The notes below the pieces were generated by a model that saw nothing but the letters and a program-made list of their open reading frames with translations, did not search any database and was not told the DNA's origin. The translations under genes and the position numbers were made by a program. 64,000 nt of DNA from Octopus sinensis (taxonomy: Eukaryota). The stretch is taken from positions 4,774,001 through 4,838,000 of the forward strand of contig NC_043025.1 of assembly GCF_006345805.1 (NCBI RefSeq), read 5' to 3'. Shown here piece by piece: positions 25,233 through 35,787 of the stretch (its first letter is position 1; each line of letters begins with the position of its first letter).

Positions 25233-25779
25233 TCTCTCTCTTTACTCTTTTACTTGTTTCAGTCATTTGACTGAGGCCATGCTGGAGCACCGCCTTTAGT
25301 CGAGCAAATCGACCCCGGGACTTATTCTTTGTAAGCCCAGTACTTATTCTATCGGTCTCTTTTGCCAAACCGCTAAGTGACGGGGACGTAAACACACCAG
25401 CATCGGTTGTCAAGCAAAGCTAGAGGGACAAACACAGATACATACATATATATATATACAGGTTAATCCAAACGGGAAAACAGAAAAAACAACAACACGT
25501 GGAACAATTACAGTATTATTATTATTAGGCGCTCAGGAAAATGGAAGAAGGAGGGTATGACGTTTCGAGCGGAGCTCTTCGTCGGAAACATAAGAGAAGG
25601 AAGAAAGAGGAAAGAAAGATCCCAATGTGGGCGAAAACGACAGGCTTCTTTCAGTTTCCGTCTACCAAATCCACTCACAAGGCATTGGTCGGCCCGGGGC
25701 TGTAGCAGAAGACACGCAGTGGGACTGAACCCGGAACCATGTGGTTGGTTAGCAAGCTACTTACCACACAGCCACTCCT
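25233..25779 (-). mobile_element. SINE family A interrupted at its TA microsatellite by a Penelope-like fragment (~25460-25640)
   Basis: The two SINE halves flank a foreign segment carrying a hammerhead-like motif. Confidence 0.8.
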
Positions 25780-25918
25780 GTTGTATTTTCAACTCCACTT
25801 TGCACGTTGCACGCTGGGCACATGTGAAAACTCTTCAACCATCCACGGCCTTAGTTATTTTATTAACAAATAAATTAATACAAATCCTAAACAATAGACA
25901 TGATTTTCCATAACATCC

Positions 25919-26313
25919 GGATCTTTTCGGTTTGACCGGCAGTTTTTTTAAATAATTTCCACGTAACTAAACACTTTTAAACTTCGTATACTGGTAGAAT
26001 GTGTTTATAAAACATCTTTTTCTCTTGGCTTTATTGAGAAAATTCTATAGTTTGTAAGATATTTGTTGTTGTTTTTCTTCAATTTCAACCAATCACTGAC
26101 GTCTATTGAGGTGAAAACAATCTGTGCCGTATGAATATGTCCCTCGTTTAAGAAACAGATTGGGTTTATTTACATTTGTGAAGAAAAAAGATACCCTTTC
26201 CCCTAACCCTAAAACAGATTGAAATGCAATAGATCGATTCTAGGGTCATAACTATGGGTGACAATTTCATATGACACCGCCAGAAAAAACTGCCGTTCAA
26301 ACCAAAAAGATCC
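25919..26313. mobile_element. GGATC-TIR MITE, complete
   Basis: GGATCTTTTCGGTTTGACCGGCAG ... CTGCCGTTCAAACCAAAAAGATCC. Confidence 0.9.
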
Positions 26314-26502
26314 CAAATCCTAAACAATAGTCATGATTTTACATAATATCCACTAAGGATTTTTACCTTTTGACCGACAGATTTAAAAAATACATTTTTG
26401 TAACTAAACACTTCCAAACTTCGTATACTTGTAGAATGTGTCACATAAAACATCTTTTACTCTTGGCATTGTTGAGAAAATTCTGTATTTTGGAAGATAT
26501 TA

Positions 26503-26898
26503 TGAACGGCAGTATTTTCTAGCGGTGTCATATGAAATTGTCACCCATAATTATGACCCTAGTATTGATCTATTGCATTTCAATCTGTTTTAGGGTTAGG
26601 GGGAAGGGTATCTCTTTTTCTTCATAATAGTAAATAAACCCAATCTGTTTCTTAAACGAGGGACATATTCATACGTCACAGAATGTTTTTTTTTTACCTC
26701 AATAGACGTCCTTGATTGGTTGAAATTGCAGAAATTGAAGGAAAAAAACAACAAATATCTTACAAACTATAGAATTTTCTCAATAAAGCCAAGAGAAAAA
26801 GATGTTTTATAAACACGTTCTACCAGTATACGAAGTTTAAAAGTGTTTAGTTACGTGGAAATTATTTTAAAAAACTGCTGGTCAAACCGAAAAGATCC
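26503..26898. mobile_element. GGATC-TIR MITE in inverted orientation to 25919-26313
   Basis: Ends ggtcaaaccgaaaagatcc; the body is the reverse complement of the upstream copy. Confidence 0.9.
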
Positions 26899-27019
26899 CT
26901 GTTTCTTGTAAAAAGAAAAATAAGCGGGGAAAAAAAAACATGAAAAAAAAGAAGAGAAAAAAGGCGCATCAATGCAACACCAAGTGCTTTAATTGGTCGC
27001 ACACCACAAGGTTCAACAG

Positions 27020-27325
27020 AACATACTGAAGCAAGCCAGCACGCTTACAGCATTATCACGGGTGATGGCGAGACTAAGACATCAGAAAAGCCAAGCGCCC
27101 TCACGAGCATCACCTGAGACCTTGGTAAGGCGAACTGCCAACGATGACAAGAACTTAGCCGTTAGCGGCCCAGGCCCTCCAAACGTCCCAAACGCCACAA
27201 GTTGGAAAAGGGAGTTCACTATCAGGTCCCGATACTTAAGAGTTTTGTTCTGTTCAGTTACAGATGCAGTGACCCTCTCATTTGCCAAAGCAACAAGGAT
27301 GTGGGAGGGAGCAAAAGAGTCACAG
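27020..27325 (-). mobile_element. CRE-clade (REL endonuclease) non-LTR retrotransposon 3' fragment
   Basis: VCDSFAPSHI...KYRDL...VAFGTFGGPGP..AKFL..L..R....SGDAREGAWLF*CLSLAITRDNA.SVL resembles the CRE C-terminus (recalled motif FAxETxGxWGP...QRxSxAIQRGNA). Confidence 0.7.
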
Positions 27326-27547
27326 ACTCTTTACTCTCTTTTACTCATTTCAGTCATTTGACTGCGGCCATGCTGGAGCACCGCCTTTAATCGAGCAAAT
27401 CGACCCCGGGACTTATTCTTTGTAAGCCCAGTACTTATTCTATCAGTCTCTTTTGCCGAACCACTAAGTGACGGGGACGTAAACACACCAGCATCGGTTG
27501 TCAAGCAATGCCAGGGGGACAAACACACACACACAAACACACACACG

Positions 27548-27591
<44 letters not shown>

Positions 27592-27733
27592 TACGACGGG
27601 CTTCTTTCAGTTTCCGTCTACCAAATCCACTCACAAGGCATTGGTCGGCCCGAGGCTATAGTAGAAGACACTTGCCCAAGATGCCACGCAGTGAGACTGA
27701 ACCCGGAACCATGTGGTTGGTTAGCAAGCTACT
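27326..27733 (-). mobile_element. SINE family A
   Basis: Standard body; head slightly truncated. Confidence 0.95.
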
Positions 27734-28058
27734 TTATTTCAATTTATTTGCCACTTAGGGCACAACACAGAGGTAGCGGTAGCTCCGGGCTGGACACGGA
27801 CATTAATGGATGATGGTGGTGGTGGATGAAGATGGTGATGGGAGAAGTCAGAAAGCGCCCGTCGACTTTTGCTTCTCTAAAACAATGTTCTTTTTTTTCA
27901 ATGGTTTACAATGTTTTAAAATTTACAAAAAATTCCACAAAATTCAAAAATTTCAAAAAATTCCACAAAATATTCCAATTGAAAGTCTCTTCAGAGGCAA
28001 CAAACCTCTCTTACAATATAACACAATTTCACGTCACCCGACCGACGAACTCTCTTGC

Positions 28059-28292
28059 CTTGGTGACGCAATCGTCCGTTGTCAGGTTTCCGCACACAGG
28101 TAAGACTTGCAAGAGATCCTCCGGGAAAGAATTCTCGATCCTGCACATATCATTTTCGAGTAGGACCTCCGCAGCAAGCTGCGAGGGCCACTCTGGATAC
28201 TCCATGCAGGACCGAAGTCCCTCCCATTGGTTTCTCATCTTACCTATTTCGTTCTGTACTATTCCTCCTTTATAAAAGAGGACCACATAAAA
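28059..28292 (-). CDS. Predicted exon 2 of uncharacterised membrane-anchored protein
   Basis: Strong acceptor gattttttttgtcag, phase 0, stop-free CpG-rich frame FYVVLFYKGG...VCGNLTTDDCVTK. Donor is either GC-type AAG|gcaaga (ends 28059) or GT-type CGG|gtgacg (ends 28038, adds AREFVGR); both are phase 0. Confidence 0.75.
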
Positions 28293-28354
28293 CTGACAAA
28301 AAAAATCAAGCCAGTTGCCGTAAATTCTACGCATATTCGTTGATTATCTGCTGA

Positions 28355-28741
28355 TCTCTTTTACTCTTTTACTTGTTTCAGTCATTTGACTGCGGCCATG
28401 CTGGAGCACCGCCTTTAATCGAGCAACTCGACCCCGGGACTTATTCTTTTTGTAAGCCCAGTACTTATTCTATCAGTCTCTTTTTGCTGAACCGCTAAGT
28501 AACATAAACACACCAGCATCGGTTGTCAAGCAATGCTAGGGGGACAAACACACACACACATATATATACATATATACGACGGGCTTCTTTCAGTTTCTGT
28601 CTACCAAATCCACTCACAAGGCTTTGGTCGGCCCGGGGCTATAGTAGAAGACACTTGCCCAAGATGCCACGCAGTGGGACTGAACCCAGAACCACGTGGC
28701 TGGTAAACAAGCTACTTACCACACAGCCACTCCTATGCCTA

Positions 28742-28793
<52 letters not shown>

Positions 28794-28945
28794 ATGGGCT
28801 TCTTTCAGTTTCCGTCTACCAAATCCACTTACAAGGCTTTGGTCGGCCCGAGGCTATAGTAGAAGACACTTGGCCAAGGTGCCATGCAGTGGGACTGAAC
28901 CCGGAACCATGTGGTTGGTAAACAAGCTACTTACCACACAGCCAC
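28355..28945 (-). mobile_element. SINE family A with duplicated head segment
   Basis: Head region appears twice (ending ~28735 and ~28945). Confidence 0.9.
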
Positions 28946-29079
28946 GTAAGTATTTCGTTGGAATTAGCAATAAAACGAGAAGTAGCAGGGCTTTCACGAG
29001 ACATGCTAATTGAGTTGAAATGAAACTGAAAGTAAAACGACCATGATTCAACGAATGTAAAATAGGAAATAGGAAATAC

Positions 29080-29223
29080 CATACATTGCTGGACCTGGTC
29101 GGCTCTACGTACGATGATGCCTCTGGGACCGCTAACATGGGATGATCCCAGCTCATCAAGCAAGAGCACGGAGAAAGAGAGGAACAAATATACAGTTCTA
29201 AATAGAGAGATAGACTGGATCAT
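29080..29223 (-). CDS. Predicted exon 1 (coding start, signal peptide) of uncharacterised membrane-anchored protein
   Basis: gtcATG at 29223. Reads MIQSISLFRTVYLFLSFSVLLLDELGSSHVSGPRGIIVRRADQVQQCM. Donor ATG|gtattt, phase 0, matching exon 2. Confidence 0.65.
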
Positions 29224-29282
29224 GACGGGAGTACCTTTGTCTATGATAATGATGTAGCTAGTGTGGATGTGTGTGTGTGCGC

Positions 29283-29630
29283 GCCATGCTGGAGCACTGC
29301 TTTTAGTTGAGAAAATCGACCCCCAGGACTTATTCTTTGCAAGCCTAGTACTTATTCTATCGGTCTATTTTGCCGAACCGCTAAGTTGCGGGGATGTAAA
29401 CACACCAGCATCGGTTGTCAAGCAACGTTGGGGGTAGGAACAAACAGAGACACACAAACACACACAACCGATGCTGGTGTGTTTATGTCCCCATCACTTA
29501 GCAGTTCGGCAAAAAGAGACCGATAGAATAAGTACTGGGCTTACAAAGAATAAGTCCCGGGGTCTAGTTGCTCGACTAAAGGCGGTGCTCCAGCATGGCT
29601 GCAGTCAAATGACTGAAACAAGTAAAAGAA
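29283..29630. mobile_element. Two partial SINE-A 3' halves in inverted orientation (fold-back)
   Basis: 29283-29420 is the approximate reverse complement of 29465-29600. Confidence 0.9.
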
Positions 29631-29882
29631 AAGAAAGAAAGGAAAATAGGAAAGTGAAAGAGAAGCGATAGAGATAACAGAGAGAAAGAAAGGGGAGGGA
29701 AGGAGTGGGAGAGAGGAATGGAGATAAAGGAAGGAAGGAAGGAGAAAGTGGGAGGGAGAGCAAGAAACAGAGAGAGAAAGGTGGGGAAGTGAAAGAGAAA
29801 AAGAAACGGAAAGAGAGACAGAGAGAGAGAGAGAACGGAAGAGGGAGAGATAGAAGGGGAGGGAGAGATGAAAGAGGAAAAC
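29620..29882. repeat. Polypurine (GA/GGA/GAAA) tract
   Basis: Plus strand almost exclusively A/G. Confidence 0.9.
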
Positions 29883-30143
29883 TAGCGACATCTGTCTTCA
29901 CCGACCCGCAACAGCCCGTCAGTCACATGACCACTTAAACGTATCTTCTATCGGGTTTTCGCAGATGATCCAGAAGCGAAAGGTTAGATTAAAAAAAAAA
30001 AGACCATCGTCATCATCATCATCATCATAATCGTCACCAGCATCATTACCACATGTAATCATTATCATCGTCGTCACTGGCATCAGCAGCAGCATCGTCG
30101 TCGTCGTCATCAACAACAGGCACGTGTCTATATAAGCAATCAA

Positions 30144-30542
30144 TGTGGAGGCACTAGTGGCCTAGTGGTTAGAGCAGTGGACTCGCAGTCGAGGGATCAC
30201 GGGTTCAAATTTCAGCCTGGCATGGCTCAAGTAGGAACATTGTGGAAGCACATGGCCTAGTGGTTAGAGCAGCAGACTCGCGGTCGAGGGATCACGGGTT
30301 CGAATCTCAGACCGGACGATGTGTGTGTTTATGAGCGAAACACCTAAGCTCCATGTGGATCCGGCAGAAGGTAATGGCGAAACTTCTGCTGACTCTTTCG
30401 CCACAACTTTCTCTCACTCTTTCCTATTGCATCTCACCTGTGACAGACCAGCGTCTTGACTAGGTGGGGAACCTATACGCCAAAGAAACCAGGAAACCGG
30501 CCCTTATGAGCCAGGCATGGCTCAAGAAGGAACAACGAACAA

Positions 30543-30582
<40 letters not shown>

Positions 30583-30856
30583 AGGCACAATGGCCCAGTG
30601 GTTAGGGCAGCGGACTCGCGGTCGTAGGATCGCGGTTTTGATTCCCAGACTGGGCATTGTGAGTGTTTATTGAGCAAAAACACTTAAAAGCTCCACGAGG
30701 CTCCGGCAGGGGGTGGTGGTCCCTGCTGTACTCTTTCGTCACAACTTTCTCTCACTCTACATTCTGTTGGCCTGCTTGCTTAGCCAGCAGGGTGGCATCA
30801 TGTGAAGGCTAAAACAATGCGAAGCGCATTGTGACCAGCAATGTGTAGCAGCATAT
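30144..30856 (+). mobile_element. Cluster of three SINE family C copies (30144-30235, 30241-30537, 30579-30856)
   Basis: tRNA-like heads ggcc(t/c)agtggttag(a/g)gcagcggactcgcggtcg..ggttcgaatctcag with two different 3' bodies. Confidence 0.9.
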
Positions 30857-30872
30857 GATAGCCTGGATGGTG

Positions 30873-30953
<81 letters not shown>

Positions 30954-30995
30954 GTGTTGCCTACTCCTTATGCAGAGTTTGACCACCTCCTGTAC

Positions 30996-32155
30996 CTACA
31001 CCTTAGAAGCATCATGGCATCTGATGTGGCTTTTTAAACCAGACAATATTCTGAAAAGACACCCACATAGATTGCACCTCTGATTTGGGCCACCAAGAGC
31101 TTCAGATGAGTTCTGCTCTTTTTGGATCTTAACATGTCTTTTGAGGCCTCCGTTGGATTTGCAAACCTTCTGGCATACACTGCATTCAAAGGCGTGCACA
31201 GACATACAGGCAGAATAGTTGGTGGAGGTTCGTTTTCCATGCGTTCGCAGATGAGATTTGAGCCCAGCAAAAGACAGGCATGGTTGGTCTCTTACAGACT
31301 GTGCACACAAAAAGGTCAGTCATTCACCTTCTCGATCGTAACAGTCTCCCTCAGATCTCTTTTGAATCTTACATGCAGTATCCTGGCCTCTTCAAACACT
31401 TCCACCCACTCCACACTTTTGTTCACCATCCAGCTAGATCTGAAGCAAGGGTTTCTGTATCCATTCCAAGTGACTTTATAGTAGTCCTTATGCCGTCCTT
31501 AAACCTTTTTTCAGGTTTACGCCGATAGCGTTTCCCCTCTGCAAGCTCACCACAAAACAGCTGTTTCGGCATGTGTTCATCTACCATTCGAATAATATGG
31601 CCACACCATCTCAAATGGTTCCTCAAAATCATAGCTTTAATTGAGGTGATGCCTGCAGATGCAAGGACATCTGTGTTTGGAGTAAAAAAAAGCTCCATTT
31701 AATTTTTAAAATGTGATGAAGGCATTTTTAGTAGAATTGTTCTAACAATTTAAAATGCCTTTCATAACAAGTCCAAGTTTCACAGGAATACAACAGCAAT
31801 GGTAAGACAAATGATCTGTAAAGAGCCAGCTTTGTATTCTTATTTATATGTCGCTGGCACCAAAGGTGTGCCTCCAAGTCACCAAATGCTTTTGCTGCCC
31901 CTTGAATTCGCAGCTGTGTTTCTGTATCAAGATTTCCATCATTTTGAACAATGAGAAGCTTCCAAGGTAGGTGAATGGATCGACAACTTCAAGTGACTTT
32001 CCCTTAACAAAAATTTTAGTGGGGTTACAAACAGCACCACGAGCAGGTTGATGCATTACAACTGTTTTTATTTTTTCAAGTTGATGGTCAAGTCCAAATC
32101 ACCACAAGCCGAGTCAAATGCAGATACAAGAGATTGCAGACCTGTTTCAGAATGA
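30996..32155 (-). mobile_element. Degenerate RTE-clade LINE 3' part with C-terminal C2H2 zinc fingers
   Basis: Frameshifted pieces LQSLVSAFDSAC..L.LTINLKK, LEVVDPFTYLGS, LRWCGHIIRM....PKQLF.GEL..GKR, then CSVCQKVCKSNGGLKRH and CNLCG.LFRILSGLKSHIRCH. Confidence 0.85.
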
Positions 32156-32159
32156 CTGA

Positions 32160-32955
32160 TAATATATATACATACATATATATACACACACACATATATT
32201 ACACACACACATATATATATACACACACACACACACATATATATACACACACACACACACATATATATACACACACACACACACATCTATATACACACAC
32301 ACACATTATACACACCACACACACATATATACATATACATACACACACATATATACACACACACACATATATATATATACACACACACACATATATATAT
32401 ACACACACACATATATATATACACACACACCACATATATATACACACACACACACATATATATTACACACACACACACAATATATATACACCACACACAC
32501 ACATAATATATAACACACACACACACTATATATATACACACACACACATAATATACACACACACACATATATATATACACACACACACAGATATATATAC
32601 ACACACACACACATATATATATTACACACACACACACATATATATATAACACACACACCCACATATATATACACACACACACACATATATATATACACCA
32701 CACACACACACATATATATATACACCACACACATATATATAATACACACACAACACACATATATATATACACACACACCCACATATATATATACACCACA
32801 CACACATATATATACACACACACACCACATATATATACACACACACACACACATATATACACACACATATATATATATATTATATATATATATATATATA
32901 ATATATATATACACACACACACAGATATATATATATATTATATATATATATATAT
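32160..32955. repeat. Compound (CA)n/(TA)n microsatellite
   Basis: Direct reading. Confidence 0.99.
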
Positions 32956-33002
32956 ACTTTATTTAAAAGCAGCAGAAAATTCAACAAAAGTTTTTGCAAA
33001 AA

Positions 33003-33040
33003 CTGTCCGACGAACGGGAACGTGAAACTCAGAGTAACAG
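33003..33040 (+). ncRNA. Minimal type-I hammerhead ribozyme-like motif (Penelope-like remnant) inside a 35-bp-arm palindrome
   Basis: ctgt-CCGACGA-acg(ggaa)cgt-GAAA-ctcagag-TA-acag: helices I and II close, helix III is palindromic, core has U4->C. Confidence 0.6.
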
Positions 33041-33182
33041 GTTTTGTTGAATTTTCTGCTGCTTTTAAATAAAGTATTTGAGTACTCTTTTTTCCACCTT
33101 GTTTCACATTTATGTGTATACTCCGGTATATATATATAACTACTACTATTGCTACTAATACCACCGCCACCAACAGTGTGTA

Positions 33183-33267
<85 letters not shown>

Positions 33268-33286
33268 TATATATATGCATGCGTGA

Positions 33287-33495
33287 AAGGCGAGCTGGCA
33301 GAAACGTTGGCACGCCGGGTGAAATGCTAAGTATTTCGTCTGTCTTTAAGTTCTGAGTTCAAATTCCGCCGAGGTCGACTTTGCCTTTCATCCTTCCAGG
33401 GTCGATAAATTAAGATCCAGTTGCGTACTGTAGTCAATCTAAAAGACTGGCCCCCACCCCCAAAATTTCGAGCCTTGTACCCAGAGTAGAAAATA
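33287..33495 (+). mobile_element. SINE family B, alternative-tail subfamily
   Basis: Family-B head and body with a cccccaaaatttcgagccttgtacc..agtagaaa tail. Confidence 0.85.
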
Positions 33496-33629
33496 TATAT
33501 ATATATATAACCACTACGACTATCGGATGGACAGTCGTGGCTGGAATACCTAGGATCATGGGTCTACTGGGTCAGGTTTGACGTGGGGGTGGTGGTTAAA
33601 GCAACAAGCACAACTAGCTTTGCTTACTA

Positions 33630-35075
33630 TACCTGCCTGCACTACACCATACACTACCACAACCAACAAGCACCTGCAACACAACCACCCCCGCCACTGC
33701 TACTGCCATCACCGCTACTAGTCCACAGCTGCTACTACCACCACCACCACCACTGCTACTACTACTACCGCTGCCACTACCACTGCTGGTATAACTACTA
33801 CTACTACCACTGCTACTACTACCACTGCTACTACTACTACTACCACAGCTGCTACCACCACCACTACTGCTGCTATAACTACTACTACCACCACCACGTG
33901 CCACTACTGCTACTACTACTACCACCACCACTGCTGCTATAACTACTACTACTACTACCACCACCACCACCACTACTACTACAACAACTACTACTACTGC
34001 TACTATTACCGCCGCCACCAACAGTATTACTTCCACTGTTACTACTACAACGCTAATACTACTGCTGTTGTTCCGATACTAATACTACTGCTGCTGCTGC
34101 TACTAGTACTACCACTACCACTACCACCGCTGCCACTACAACCACCGCCCTCACCGCCGCCTTCGAAATAAATCTCAGGCGCTGCCTTTCTCCTTATAAA
34201 ATCATGTGGTGAATTCCATGAGATACATCAACATAACCAGTCGCTCCTGCCGCTGTCACCTTCACCGCCGCCACATCGTGACTACCACCACCATCATCAT
34301 CATCATCACCACAACCATCATCATCATTATCATCATCATCCTCACCATCACCATCATCACCACCATCATCATCACAACCACCATCATCATCACCACAACC
34401 ACCATCATCATTATCATCACCATCACCATCACCATCATCACCACCATCACCATCATCACCACCACAATCATCATTATCATCATCATCCTCACCATCACCA
34501 TCACCATCATCACCACCATCATCACCATCATCATCATCATAGCCACGTATATTCCCGTCGCCGCCGCTCCCATCACATCCATCGTCATCACAGCCATCAT
34601 CATCATCATCATAACAGACATATATTGTCGCCGCCGCCGCCACCACCGCCACCACCACCACCAACACCACCGCCACCACCACCAACACCACCGCCACAAT
34701 CATCATACATCACTGCCACCCACCCTCTTCACTAGTATATGTCCTCCACCACCACCACCACCACCAATAGAAACATCACCATCATCATCATCATCATCAT
34801 CCACAGCCTCACCACCACCGCCACTACCGTCGTGACACGGAGACGTCTCCACCAACACCACCACCACATTAATTATTATCACATCGTAATCATATTAATT
34901 AATAGATATTATTATCGTTTCGTGTCTAGCATCATCACCACCACCACCACCACCACCAACCACCACCGCACAACCGTTATCACATTACCATACCACCGTA
35001 CCAACCACTAACCATCATCACCACCGCCACCAACAACAATAACAACCACCACTTCCACCGCCGCCGCCAACAGAT
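33630..35075. repeat. Trinucleotide low-complexity region (CTA/CCA/CAT/CAC)n
   Basis: Direct reading; source of the poly-Y/H/T/I/D pseudo-ORFs. Confidence 0.95.
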
Positions 35076-35160
35076 GTAAGACCCTCGCACCGCCACAGCA
35101 CGTCTGTTGCTGTTTATAGCTGAACAAACCTATGGAGTGTACATGTATATATGTGTGTAT

Positions 35161-35209
<49 letters not shown>

Positions 35210-35290
35210 ATATATTATATATAAAAACGGGTGGATGGAATATATGAATATATTGCATTACATGCATAAAAGAACTATGTCTATATTTCA

Positions 35291-35331
<41 letters not shown>

Positions 35332-35396
35332 TATATTATAGAAGATGAGGGTACTCAGAAATTTGGGATGGTTTATATGTTTACAGATATTTATTG

Positions 35397-35439
<43 letters not shown>

Positions 35440-35614
35440 CCAGCATATAATTGTGTTATATACTCATACATGTATACACACACATGCATACAGATATATA
35501 CCACAAATATACACGCACACACATTATATATATATATATACACACACACAACACTATATATATATACATAACACAAAACACCACACATAATATACACACA
35601 CACACCACACACAC

Positions 35615-35655
<41 letters not shown>

Positions 35656-35756
35656 CACACACACACACACACATATACAAACACACGCATGCACACACAC
35701 ACACACATATATAACAACAACACACAATCATGCACACCAACACACACATAATATAT

Positions 35757-35787
<31 letters not shown>

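Noticed and set aside
27995-28099. Plus-strand exon with donor CAG|GTAAGA at 28100 as a kinase upstream exon
   Set aside because: It overlaps minus-strand exon 2, which is better supported by five phase-compatible partners.
28244-28267. Alternative 24-nt micro-exon (taaag|GAGG...ATAG|gtaaga), or a start at ATG 29086 (MYGG...)
   Set aside because: The stronger acceptor at 28293 with the phase-0 signal-peptide exon explains the region better. Kept only as a possible minor isoform.
33583-35011. Poly-H/Y/D/T/I ORFs resembling low-complexity or biomineral proteins
   Set aside because: Trinucleotide repeat expansions open in multiple frames, with no splice or start support. Likewise 48409-48903, 51275-52187 and 56194-56904.
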